A stretch of DNA of 63,394 nt, the filler included, from Octopus bimaculoides (taxonomy: Eukaryota), in NCBI RefSeq assembly GCF_001194135.2. It is 6 parts of 6 records of this genome, joined end to end, with 100 filler letters (N's around TTAATTAATTAA, not from the genome) between each part and the next. Parts side by side here need not be neighbours in the genome. Positions count along the whole stretch, not along the records: positions 1 to 29,810 come from NC_068991.1; 5 more parts are not named here. One strand, written 5' to 3'. Position 1 is the first letter of the stretch. Each line of letters starts with the position of its first letter. The notes below the pieces were generated by a model. It was not told where the DNA came from. It worked only from the letters and a program-made list of their open reading frames with translations, and did no database searches. A program made the translations under genes and the position numbers. This document shows positions 1 to 13,900 of this stretch, piece by piece.

Positions 1-290
1 AGAGACAACAAGTTAGAAGTTCATGTAGGTGTTATGCCTAGGGTACCATATATTTCGATTTGTACATAGTGTTGTTCTAGAGAATGTTTAAGAAACCATA
101 AGAAAATTATGTTTGTTTTAATATTTGAGATCATATAGACAGTATTTTACGTAGGATATGGGCAGTTCCCATGAGCACTATCCTTTGAACTTCAGCCATT
201 TTGGGGTTTCCTGGTATCTGAGCTAGGTAGTAATCAGCCCGTTTCGCTGTCATTCCCAGGGCACCTATGACAATAGGTATTGTTTTAGTC
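1..290 (-). mobile_element. R4/Dong-clade non-LTR retrotransposon, 3' end (subfamily A)
   Basis: 131-289 (-) encodes TKTIPIVIGALGMTAKRADYYLAQIPGNPKMAEVQRIVLMGTAHILRKILSI*, a typical R4/Dong C-terminus. The 5' truncation abuts a (TAA)n array. Confidence 0.8.
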
Positions 291-348
<58 letters not shown>

Positions 349-378
349 CATTATTATTATTATTATTATCATCATCAT

Positions 379-973
379 ATTAAAACTCACTGCCTATTTT
401 GCTGGGTATGATGGAAAGTGTCAGCTGTCCACAGCCAGCAGATTTTGGTGACACTTGTTTTCTGGTCATGCTGCAAGAACCTTGCAAAGAATATTTGCAG
501 TTCCGAACAATGCTGATTTTTGTAGGTGTTCTACCTTCACACTTGCACCAGTCTTTTTCACCCATGCTGGTAGTTGAGTGATAATAGGTGCACTCGTAAG
601 TGCACCAGTTACTCTTGCTATCACCTCTACTCTCTTCACTGACCGCAACCTTCGTATTTCCCACTTTAAATCGTCATAGTTGTTTATTTTTTTCTTCTTC
701 TTTCACATTGGTCCTCATGTCACCGGAACATGATATGTCTATTATCATACATGTTGTTTATTTTTTATTCACCACAACAATGTCCGGTTTCCGGTGTCTG
801 ATCTGGTGATCGCACTGGATCATTGCATCCCACAGGATTTTGCAATTCTCGTTTCCGGTAACTCCTTCTGGAGTATTCTCACACCCACTCTTTGCTCTTT
901 GTAGGCTGTGATTTCCACAGCGGTCCCAATGGATCATTCTTGCCACATTGTCATGGCGTCTTTTGTATTCGCG

Positions 974-974
<1 letters not shown>
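379..974 (-). mobile_element. R4/Dong-clade fragment (restriction-like endonuclease and C-terminus, subfamily B)
   Basis: [16 protein letters not shown]...KILWDAMIQCDHQIRHRKPDIVVVNKK and ...VEHLQKSALFGTANILCKVLAA*; (TAA)n on both sides (291-378, 975-1038). Confidence 0.9.
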
Positions 975-1038
<64 letters not shown>

Positions 1039-1974
1039 TTAAAAGAATTTGGTTCAGCCCCCATGCGACATAAAGTGTCGTAGTCGTCTTACAGAAACTT
1101 ATCTCTTTCCAGCTCGGGGGACTGAATGAGGGAGATACAGGGTGTGTTTCTAGTTCATTGAGCCTGCATCTCTCCATTCTGTTAACCGATCTTCAAAGAA
1201 CCAAGTTCCTGTAAGAAGACTACGAAATTTTAAGTCGCATGGAGCTGTATCAAACTTTTAAATACTAGTATAAATAACTCCTAATTAATGCGTTGAGTGT
1301 CTCTTCATTTAGTTTGTCTACTCAGTCGTATATATATACACGTATTACACCTATTACACATACACAGACAAATATATATATACACATATACACATACACT
1401 CATTACATACACACATATATATATGTATATATATGTATATAGATATATATATATATACATATTTATATACTGAGGGTGATAAATTGAATATTAATGTAAT
1501 TAACATCAATTTAAAACCAATGGCCTAGCATATAAAAAATTCTGAAAATTGAGAAAAATTGTAATACATGCGTATATATATATATATATGTATATATATG
1601 TATATAGATATATATATATATACATATTTATATACTGAGGGTGATAAATTGAATATTAATGTAATTAACATCAATTTAAAACCAATGGCCTAGCATATAA
1701 AAAATTCTGAAAATTGAGAAAAATTGTAATACATGCGTATNNNNNNNNNNNNNNNNNNNNNNNNNNNNNNNNNNNNNNNNNNNNNNNNNNNNNNNNNNNN
1801 NNNNNNNNNNNNNNNNNNNNNNNNNNNNNNNNNNNNNNNNNNNNNNNNNNNNNNNNNNNNNNNNNNNNNNNNNNNNNNNNNNNNNNNNNNNNNNNNNNNN
1901 NNNNNNNNATATATATAACTGTATATTTAAGTATGTATGTATGTATATATCTTCTCTTGTTTTTATTTTCGCAG

Positions 1975-2188
1975 TTTCAAGAATTTTTCTTCACTGACTA
2001 CGTGAAATTTTCTTTTGCTGTGTCAAGGAAACCGTTTTCGTACACCAAACCCTTAGTGAACTCTACGACACCATATGAAGCGGGTGGTTATATCACGCAC
2101 CACGCTGGGAGCAACTTTGCTGCGGACTATTTCTTCTCATCGCCTATGAACTCATTCGTGTTCACTGTTCAGATTCCGACAGAAACAG
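1975..2188 (+). CDS. Gene 1 exon a ([14 protein letters not shown]...VQIPTET)
   Basis: Acceptor ttttattttcgcag|TTT; donor ACAG|gtaatt; open frame; 214 nt. Confidence 0.85.
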
Positions 2189-3062
2189 GTAATTAACGAA
2201 AATACTTTCTAACACAAAATGCACAAAAAATGCATTAACTGCACATATCATATATTCACTTATAGAGTGAGGTCATTTTGTATTTTTACAAGTCCACAAT
2301 TTGTTCTTGAATAGAATTTTGCTGTCATATTCGGGCAGGTACGCCATCATGTCACTTGGATCTCCTCGACCGGGTTTAGAAGCAAGTCACTAACATAATT
2401 GGTCCCTCTCTGGCTTCAACTCTGTAGCCCTTGTCACATGACGTACCATCAGCAGACTTAGTATTTTCTATCTTTGTTGCCATATGAAGTGCTCTGACGA
2501 ATTTTCTTTTCTAATCCCAGATCACTTTGTGCCTTTTGGCCTGACTTGAATCTCATGGCGTCTCCATCCAAATGTTATTGTTCTTCTACGAACAAGGAAG
2601 TTTTTTTTACTGTCGTAACTTTTTCCCTTGAACAACCAGATTTGAAACAATTTTCCATTTAAATGTTTTCCTCCGTATGACCTGAACTATTTCAAGTCTA
2701 AAGTAAATTTATTCCTTTCGTCCTAATTTCTCTTTCTTCGTTGCTTCTTACTCGAAGTGGCTTTTCACCTTCTTTGGGACTATAAAATATAAATGAAATA
2801 AAAAAGAAAAGCGTGAAATCACATAATGCACTCAGTGCGTTATAAAACAGAAACCAACACTAAGTCTTTAAAGGGTGACGATGCTATTGATCGCAGTTAT
2901 TGGTCCATCCCATCTAAACAAAAAAAAAAAAAATGTGTCTGTTGGAAGAAAACATTACATTTTTTTTTAAAATCCGCAGACAAACCTCATTACGCGCCTG
3001 ATTAAAATTCTATTGCCTAATGTCTGTCCGATACCGTAATATACGTGTATGTATATATATTG

Positions 3063-3142
<80 letters not shown>

Positions 3143-5213
3143 ACTCTCTCTCTCCCTCTCTCACACGCACACACATAATACACACACAGAGATAGATAGA
3201 AAGAAAGATAAATAGATAGATAGATAGATAGATAGATAGATCATAATAATAAAATATGTTGAAATTCTAGCTACAAGATAGACAGACCTATTTGGTTATT
3301 ACTATTTGGTCGGATAAAGACGCCGAGCTGACAGAACCGTTAGCACACCGGACGAAATACTTAGCGGTATTTCTTTCATCTTTACATTCTGTCAAGCCTT
3401 GTGCCTTTAGGAGAATGGATTATTCGCTCATATATTTCTTTTAATACTGTAATAGAATGAAAGAGATTAAAAAACGAACATACTTTTAATGATTTGCTGA
3501 TTTTTTTTCTCGTAGATTCGTCCTGTCAAAATTTACTGAACATTCTCGAATGCCAGGTCACGGTTCCATTAGAATCAAGCTATCAATCTGGAGGTAAACA
3601 ACTGAAATAAAAAAATAAAAAATAAAAATAAACACGTATCACATTATTTTATTAGCTTCGAATAAATAATAATGATCAAAATGTTTTTATGTATGTATTT
3701 GGTTTATTTTGTAATTCAAGGATCGCTATGTTATATGGATTATGTAACTTATATAAAGCTATCTATTTGCTAATATATTTGTTATGCCATTAAAACGAAA
3801 AGCTAACCATTCCAGTTAAAAATGTTGCATGAATTTTCCCTTTCAGTTAAAAACAATTTTTGAAATGTTCTGAATGTAAATGTATACAATGTCCATTATT
3901 ACGTACTAGAAACGTTCATATCATGGGAAAGATATCGAATTGGTAGACATATTTTCTTATTTTTAAGATATTTTGTTTCAGTCTGTTTTAGTTTTTTTTT
4001 TGGTGGGGGGGGGGAGGGGGTGATAGCGTCCACAATCTTGAAAGAAATAACTTTCTTAGACAGCGACTACAATATCTCATTTTCTTATCGTATAGTTTTA
4101 GCCATAAACAATTGTTAGTGTTTATCAGACGCAATAATTTGAAAGAAATCAAGTCGCTATTTCTGGCAAATCACGTGACCACATACACGCTCATTTGCTG
4201 GAGTACATTTGACCGAGTTTGAATCTCACATGTATCGGCAACTGCTGCTCTTACACGATAAACATTGCCCTGGCCTTTCTCTTGGAGAGGAACATACCAG
4301 GAGCAGTTACCTGGTCACACCTTACTAACTAATGCCTGAGTTAATTTCGGTTTACACTTTGTCAGCTTTGTCTCTTATGCTTCCATTTTCTTCAACGAAA
4401 TCTCAGATGCTTTTTTTTAGTTTCACTGCTTCATTTTTTCTCTCCTTTTTTAGTCTTCCAAGCATTTATACGTAGCAACACATATGCAGCAGAGCGATAC
4501 TTGCAAATTTACTTTGGCAACAGAGTTAGAGCGGAGAAGATATCAATACTCATGGAACACTATACAAGAGGAAAAGTAAAAGTTTTTAAAATGGCTTACA
4601 GTGACGATGGTATGAGCTGGGTATCGGGACCGATGGTAATTATAAATTATACCTTTCGAATAAAGCTATGATGAGACATGCAAAGGAGGCGGAACGCCGG
4701 CTGTTGTTTTTGTTCTGGTCACTCACAAGCCAACAACGATCAAACAAACCTGTGGTTAAAAAATTGCCCTTGTGTCACAAATCCCTCTTCTACTGCGTAT
4801 CTGTCTGTAAGATGTTAAGATGATGGCTTGGAGAAGATTTCAGATAAACATACAAATGTGCGCGGCGGGGTGTGCAAGTGCGTGTGTGGTAAGAAGCTTG
4901 CTTCCCAACCACAGTGTTCTGGGTTCAGTCTCACTGCCTGGAACCTTGGGCTAGTGTCTTTTTCTATAGCTCCAACCAGACCATAGTCTTGCAAGTGGAT
5001 TTGGTAGACTGAAACTGAAAGAAGCCGGTCGCACGCGCGCGTGTGTGTGTATATACATTTGTATGTGTGTGTGTGTGTTTGAGTGTGTTTGTCTTTGTGT
5101 CTGTGTTCTGTCTCCTTACGACCACCTGACAAACCAGTGTTGGTGTTTCTGTCCCCATGACTTAGCGACACACACACACACACACATACTTTTATGAATT
5201 TGTGTTGCAAGAT

Positions 5214-5250
<37 letters not shown>

Positions 5251-8200
5251 CATATACGTACGCACACGCGCAGCATGAGGTGTTATCAAATTAATATATG
5301 TACATATATACATTCTCTCTTGCACACAATGTACATTCAACTATTTATACTCTGATATTATTTTCTCTACTAGATCACAGTAGATCATCTATACAATATA
5401 ACCATTACAAGACCACTAGAATCTAGATATCTTCGCTTCTTCGTTGTGGAACATCATGGCACTGAAGATAACTTAGTTGCTCTCAAACTAGAACTTTTCG
5501 GTTGTGAAATAACTACTGATGTAACAAGTGAGTTCCTATATTCTTATAGTCCTCTATTATTTTATTCTTGAGTTCCTATATTCTTATATTCTTCTATTAT
5601 TTTATTTTTACATCTTTTGACTGGATTCAGTCACTGGACTCCGGTCATAGTAAGGCCACCAAAGACCTCTTTAATTTTTTCACTGCAGTCCTCATTTTAT
5701 CGATCTCTATCGAAATTCTAAATCTCAACGCAAAAGGGACCGTAGCATACACAACGCCAATTTTAAACATGTATACACATAAATGCAGACACACAAACAC
5801 ATTGGCATTGTATTTATATACACACACATATTTTGCATGGCATTTATATATACACACACATGAATACCTCTTATTCTTTTATAGGTTTCACCCATCTTTA
5901 TATACACCACCAGATTCTCTACAGTTTACTCATCAAGCATTCCACTCACAAACAAATGGCATATATATATATGTATGCGTGTGCTTAAAATATATGAGAA
6001 TTCGAAATTTCCCCAAGACACCTGATGAAGGCTGGAGGGTATATCAGCCGAAACGTTGTGTTAACAACAAACAAGATGAGGACAAATTGTCAATTGTAAA
6101 TAATGTAAATAATGTACATAATTCCTCATCTCTTAAATATAGAACTGTACTTTTCAGTTTCTGTTCGAATTAGTTTCATATTCGGTGTATTGATGTAGTT
6201 TTATATGCTAATCAATGCCATGAGATTCATTTTTGCTTTAAACCAATAAATAAGTTTGCAAATTTTGGGTAATTTTAGCCAATCGTAAGCTCAGACACAT
6301 TCATGCCTGTTTCCATAGTTAGAAGCCAAACATGAGAACTCTTTTGCTTGCGACAAAACACGTGTTGACAAATGTATTTTATTTATTGAAGTGGTCGTGA
6401 AATGTACTAAAAATAACAGCTAAATAGGTCTTAAATCACGCACGAAAACTTTTTGGGGGTGGGGTGCGCGACCGTATGAATTTCCGTCAGTAGAATACAA
6501 ATTCGCAAAACTTTTCTGGAAATCCCCAAAACTAAAAAGAGCTACGAGGGGTTGTGTGGTGTTCATAAAGCAGAATTCCGTCAATATTTCATTTGTTTAC
6601 GGTTGACAGCATGTGCTTTTCCGCACAAAATGACTGCATCCAAATCCTGTTTTCTGAATGGGGAAAATGATCAAACTTTAAACCTCTATAACTTTTTTAA
6701 ACACTTTTTCTCGAAAAAGTAAAATATCTCCTGAGATTCAGTTTGGAAAATTACACTGATACACCAAATTTTAAAATTGTCAATAAAATTTTAAATTTCT
6801 ACAAGTGCAACCAAACAGAAAAGATCCCCACCACCAACTCCCTAAAAAATATAACACTAAAATGTGAACAAACCACTCGATCGTTATATTGAGGTTTAAT
6901 TGTTATTCTGTATATTTTCTTTTGAACAGATGTTTGTGCAAACGCTCCGCCACTGCAGTACCCGACCGGTATGTATCCGTTTTATTTCAATGTGAATTTT
7001 CATAGAAATTATATTCTACAACTTTTGTGTGCGCTATGTCTTTTATTTCAATTTTCAATTTAAAGATATCTTAATGGAAGTTTGGCTGCCTGTGTTGATG
7101 GAGCGGAGTAGGTGAACGGATATAAAAACGAAGTATTTCAAACGCAAAATTATAGTAATAATAATAATAATAATAATAATGATAATAATAATATGGAAAA
7201 ATACCTTAGGAATGAGAACCAGGTTCGAAATTTCCCCAAGACAGCTGAAGAAGGCTGGAGGGTATATCAGTCGAAACGTTGTGTTAACAACAAACAAGAT
7301 GAGGACAAATATCGGTTGAATGTAAATAATGTAAATAATGTTACAAAGAATAAGTCCTGAGGTCGATTTGTTCGACTAAAGGCGGTGCTCCAGCATGACC
7401 GCAGTCAAATGACTGAAACAAGCACACCTCTGCTAAAATTATAATTTCGAACTCTGCTACCTCACTACCTTCAACTAACTTTTTTAACCACCTAATAAAT
7501 ATTACGTTCCCCCTACCACATGTCATGGACGCTTCTCTCTCTCCCTCTTTTTCTTTCTCTCTCTTTCTCCCTCACTCTTCACTTTATCCTCTTTTTCTCT
7601 CCCTCCCTCTTTTTCTTTCTCCCTCTTTTTCTCTTATCACGTGAAAGTGTTACCGACGCTAAAAAGAAAAAAAAAACACTTGCCGTTCTTTCCATCTTGA
7701 CTTTGTGCTGTGCAAACATTTCTTGTGTTTGTTTATCGGATTCTGTTTTTATGCTTTTATATTTATAACTTTCAAATAATGATTTTTCTGCTACATTCCA
7801 TCAAATACACACACAAACATACCTGCCTACACACGCACACACACACATGCACACACACACACATACACACACGCATATTCACTTACACATACATACACAT
7901 ACGTATATATACACATGTATTCACATATACAGGGTGCGATGGGCAAATTGTCACAATTTTATATTTTTAATTTCATGCATGCGCATTGCTTTTGATTTTG
8001 TCGACTATACGCAGTATAGTAGGGTCAGCTGGGAACTGTCTGTGAGAAAAAACAGCGCCATGACGCAATTCACTCTGTCAGAAATTTGGAAACTACATGA
8101 TGTTCTGTTTGGAATTCGCGCCAGAAACTCCAATATAAACATGTACCGAAAGTGATAAAAATCAAACATCCAGTCAACATGATGGTGTTTGGAGTGATCA

Positions 8201-9064
8201 CTAGTGTTAGCGACGTTATGCTTCCATTAATCTTCCTACACGGCCTCTGACTCAACAATGAGGCTTACATCACGTGCCTGGAGTAGGTACTGCTGCCCTG
8301 GATCAAGAGGGTGGTTGCTGGAAGACCCTGTGTCTGTATCAGGGCTCTGCACCCTGCCACACAAGCAGAAGAACCGAGTCCTGGCTGTCAGACAATTTCT
8401 GCGACCACATCACCCCTAACGTCTGGCCACCTAACTCCCCAGACTGAAATTCCCTTGATTATTATGTGTGGGGCGCAGTTGAACGAGAGACCAACAAAAC
8501 TCCTTGTAACACTAAATATGAACTGAAGGCAAGGATTATGGCTGCATTGACCAACTTAAACAAGAAGACCATCCAGAAGAGCTGCAGGAGATTCCGAAGT
8601 CATCTGGAGGCCATGGTTGAAGCCAATGGCGATTTTATTGAATAAATTTACTCTTTAGTATTTCAAGATAGTCTTATGTAATTTTGGTAAATATATTTCA
8701 TAAAATGAGATGTCAGTGTTATTTTCCTATTTGCGTAATTTAGACGACAATTTATTCATTGCACCCTGTATATTTATACATGTGTTTTTGATGGGAGGCG
8801 TGCATGCTCTGCGTTGGTTAAGAAGCAGTGACGACTGGGAATGATGTAAATATGATTATAAACTGAAGCTTATAAGCGTTCGCCGTATTTTGGCGAGAGA
8901 AAATAGTCTAATATTAGGATATATAAGCCCTCGACGGTAAAAAATAGATAATGGCTAAAAATCTATCGAGGGCGTATATGCTCCAATATCAGACCATTTT
9001 TTTAATGCCAATATACGGAGAACGCTTATAATCTTAAGCATATAATTATATTTACACCATATAC

Positions 9065-9101
<37 letters not shown>

Positions 9102-10796
9102 TAATACATATACATACACACGCACATTTATTTGTTCGCACATACAAATGCATCGACATAAGTATCTGCATAAATACTCAGTACTACATACATGTATTAT
9201 ATGCATATCTCTTGTTACTTTTCCCAGGATGGTACCACAGAGGATTTTTAGAAGTGGATTCGAAAGTTTACGTCTGCGATGCCAATCCTAAGAAGTATGA
9301 CCCCTCTATAAAACAATTTACTTTTGTTATATATAAACCTTCTTTATCGTACAGGTCACCGAATACTCGTCCTTCTCCTCCATGCCAAATGCTTCCGACA
9401 AAAATCGAGTTTATACCACATAAACAAATTTTTTTCTTTTTCCCGTGTAAACTCGCTGGGGGTTCGATCTCTTAACGACAATGTAAGCTTCATACAATCA
9501 AGGTATCCTTGGCCTGAAGTGTAGCTTGCGGTCTACCCCTAGTTTTGAATAATTTCCTACTTCCGAGATTCCGCTAGTTATGAAACATATGTAGCCTGGA
9601 TTTTATATCCTCCATTCCCTGGTTTTTAAAATGTTTATTCGTATATATAACAACTGCTGTTGCTAACCGCGAACTATAAAATTAACTCTTTTCAGCTTAT
9701 CGTACTTCGATACAGGAGAAATTCACAACTTTCTGCGTCAAAAACCCACAATTGTTCCTGACAGTTTTTAAAGAATATTTTTTACGGATTGGTTGAAGCT
9801 CACTGACATTCTACACATCAGTCCTTGGAGCTTACCTACGAAAGAACTGATAACCAAAAGACTAATGCTCAATCTGTTCTAAATCCTAAAATCTATTTCT
9901 AATCAGTGTAACTGTTCCAGAAGCAGGTGAAGTGGCAAGACGAAAGAAAAGGCGTCAGTGAATAGCTATAAAGACAGATGGACTATCATAGTTGTACGAA
10001 TATATTTACTTAAGATGTTACATAGTATTAGAAGATATAATGAGAGGTTTACAGCTGTTTCGATGCGTCCTGTAAGTAGTAGATATCGTTAAACACGTGC
10101 AATTACGTGTAATAAATGCATATAAAGAAAAATTATATCAGTACACTTAAGCCATGATACATATGTACCTTCATAGTTGTACGAATATATTTACTTAAGA
10201 TGTTACATAGTATTAGAAGATATAATGAGAGGTTTACAGCTNNNNNNNNNNNNNNNNNNNNNNNNNNNNNNNNNNNNNNNNNNNNNNNNNNNNNNNNNNN
10301 NNNNNNNNNNNNNNNNNNNNNNNNNNNNNNNNNNNNNNNNNNNNNNNNNNNNNNNNNNNNNNNNNNNNNNNNNNNNNNNNNNNNNNNNNNNNNNNNNNNN
10401 NNNNNNNNNNNNNNNNNNNNNNNNNNNNNNNNNNNNNNNNNNNNNNNNNNNNNNNNNNNNNNNNNNNNNNNNNNNNNNNNNNNNNNNNNNNNNNNNNNNN
10501 NNNNNNNNNNNNNNNNNNNNNNNNNNNNNNNNNNNNNNNNNNNNNNNNNNNNNNNNNNNNNATTATATCGATCCGATATTTCTTTGTTTGTTACTGATTT
10601 CAGTTATGTCTATTAGTTGAATGGTGAAGTGACTTTTTGACATTAAGTGATGCAGTTCCGCGGACCACTTTACATCGATAGGCACAAACATAGCGAGACA
10701 TACATATCTATGTATCTGTCTGTCTCTCTGTCTCTTTCTCTCTGTCTCTGTCTCTCTCTCTCTCTCTTTCTATCTATCTATCTGTCTGTCCGTCTC

Positions 10797-10851
<55 letters not shown>

Positions 10852-10945
10852 CACACACATTCTCTTTCTCTCTCTTTCTCTCCATGCCTGTCTATCTATT
10901 TAACTACAGCCTATTTAATTGTCTGTTTGTAGGTATTCGTGTGTA

Positions 10946-10976
<31 letters not shown>

Positions 10977-13900
10977 TCGTGTGTGTGTGCGTGTGTATTT
11001 TTCTCATGGTTCTTCATGTGAAACCCTTTTGAAAATGTTAGGGATAGTTCTTCATTCTAGGAGGTCCCATACTCACTGGTTGCAATTGACTTGCATTTCA
11101 ATAAAAAGAATTTAGAAATTGGATTTCCCCTTTCTTCTTCTTCCTCCTCTCCGGGCCAATCAATTCACTCGTCTGATTTCCATCACGACACTTGCAATTT
11201 TTATACAAAAGAAATAATTAAATAACGATAAATCTAGTTTAACATTATATGTAATATAATTCTTATTTCTACTCCTATTCAGAGACTTACAGATGTTCTG
11301 CTATTATTCAGAAGACGGTATGAGTTGGTATCGTAAGTATTATATTTATTTATCAATAATCTAACACTTCGTTTTTGTATTTGTTTTGCATTATACAATA
11401 ACAACTGTACTGAAACAATGCATTTCATATTCTTCAAAATCCCCTATGAAATTGACCATGCATTCTTTTCTTTACCCACATATTTTCAGTTTCATTCGTT
11501 TTCAATTTCTTGTCTAGTGCTTTATCTTTGCAATCTTTCATCCTACACTAGCCTGACCGTCCTACTTCTAATAATAGCGGTGCTTTAATGCTGTGTTCGC
11601 ATCCAATAAGTCCTCTTACCCTTCTTTTTCTTGGTACATACAGTCTGTCTGTGTCACTTTTTGGGTGGAGTGACCCAGATCTAGTCAGAAACTTCCTTGT
11701 CCTTCTACCTAAGCTGTTTAGTTCGTCTACTGTCCATGCGATTTACCCCTGCTCCATATCTAAGGAGTGAAACCACCCAGGTGTTGATAGCTTCGATCTT
11801 ATTCCGTCCATTTAATTTCGACTTAAGGATCAGTCTCAGTCTGCGCAAGTACTCCACCTCGAATTTTTCTGTCATTTCTTTCTCCATCAATTTATCCATT
11901 TCCAAAATCCCTAAGTACTTATGGCCCGCTTCATAACCTCCCCCGATGGTATCATTAGCCCGTCCATACATTTGATTTTGCCTCTCTTCAAGACTAACAC
12001 ACTACATTATTTACTTTTAACCTGCATGTTTGTCCCAATCACTCGCCGAGACACCCCCAGCGTTCTAGGGCGAGTGAAGGAGAAGAGATGTTACAGTATA
12101 ACTGAAAGCTTGGGGTGGGCAAGTGGCAGGGGCAGTAGCGAAATATCTTCATTTAATACAACACATACATTTAAATTGATGGAGTTTTTCTTAGGATGTG
12201 AGCAGTAACTGTCAGCACAATCTTTTGGATTTCTCTGAGACATGGTTCTCCTGGAATCTTACCTAGATGTTTCTGACATCCCTTTCTTATCATAACAAAA
12301 GTTTCAAGTAGTGCCTTTTCTTGTGACTCAAAGTGGCAATACTCTCATTAGAATGCGAGTTGTACCCCAAAATGCTGTACTCTGGATCACTTCGAGCCTG
12401 ACAGAAGCTCCAATATTCTTATATCTTTTTCAAAGCTCTTGGAAACTGCTCTTAATGCCTCAATTACCACCCGTATCACCATTGCTTTCCTCATGCCCCC
12501 ATAACTTTTCTATCTCGCCCCTGTAACCTTATGTAACCATAATGTTTTTGTTTCCTTACATTTCACCCTCGAATCTCCTGGTATTACAACATCTATTATC
12601 TTATATGATCACGATATCTGGCCGTCTCACCGTTGTGACTTGGTCGCACTGTATGTTAAAATCTCGGAGTATTTTTGTAATGTTCGTTTTCCATTACTTC
12701 CTCTGTTTTGTGTTCCTACCATTATTTGGTTCTCTCGCGGTTTGCTTTACCGCACAACAGCCAGTGGACATATCTGACCACGTTGTCGTGTCTCCTTTTG
12801 TATTCGTATTGTATGAGCTTAAAGCACTCACTAACAATATGGCTTATACTTTCTCCCTTCTCGGAGCACATCCTACACTGTGGCGAGTGAGTGCTTTTAT
12901 CAATGTGATATTTGGAGTAGTTTGTTCTGAGAGCTTCTTCTTGAGTGCTGCACAGTAATGCCTGAGTGGGCCCCTTTAAGTCTCTTTTCTGCAGCCATTG
13001 CCAGGTTCTGTTCCAATCAATCTCATCTTTATTCTCCAAGAACTGACTGTGTATTTTCTTGTCCTGGCAAATTTTCTTCATCTGCTCTTTCTCTGGTATT
13101 TATCAAATTGTCTTGGATCTACAGCTTCGTTCACTTTTAAAGTTCCCTGCATTTTCACTGCTTCAATCATTTCTTCTTGACTCCCCTTGACATACCAAGC
13201 CAGGCTGTTTTCCTCTTCCCTTACACAACCTTCATACCACACCAATCCCCGTCCTCCTTCTTTCCTCTTTAAATACAATCTTGACACTTTTAGGATGTAG
13301 TTCCTTGTTCATTGTCATTAATTTACCTGTTCTCCGGTCTATATCTTGTAATTCTTCTTCCAAGATACTATTCCTGTCCCATATCTCAATCAAAGCAACC
13401 GCCCACGTGTTAATTGCTCTAATCTTATAGCAGCCATTTAGCTTCGATCGGAGTAGAAGCCGAGTTCTCTTCAAATACTCTTTCTTGTACATTTCTTTCA
13501 TCTTGTGTTCATTCATCTTATCTCTTCCAATGATACCCAGGTACTTATATCATTCGTCTCCGACTTTCCTTATAGTTTCACCATTTTCCAGCTTGATCCC
13601 ATGGCTTTTACTGATTTCCCCCCTTTGTCTGAGCCTTTTCATCGCCATTGATGCCTCCCCATTGTTCCAGATCTTTCATGATGTGATTACATACAATATT
13701 TTCATGTAAAAATATATATATGTGAACCTCTGTTGGTCTCGGAGATCAGTATTTAGTTTTGTTAGATCAACAGAAGTACCTCATCTTTGTAGGTATTTGG
13801 AAACACGTGAGGGCTGTAACAGGAAGGGCGTCAGGTCTCGGAATTCTTCAACGAATTCCGTATGACTCATACAAGCATGGGATAGTAGACGTTAAACTGA

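Noticed and set aside
1113-1210. Exon-like segment (tctttccag|LGGLNEGDTG...|gtaaga) upstream of gene 1 exon a
   Set aside because: It ends in phase 2 while exon a needs phase 0. It would need an unseen exon in the gap, so it is unsupported.
1405-1740. Near-perfect direct repeats beside gaps (also 9987-10056/10172-10241, 25660-25890, 52560-52642/52818-52908)
   Set aside because: Each abuts an N gap, the typical signature of unmerged contig overlaps.
6463-6850. Possible MITE with G-rich/C-rich ends
   Set aside because: Terminal match is poor and no TSD was found.
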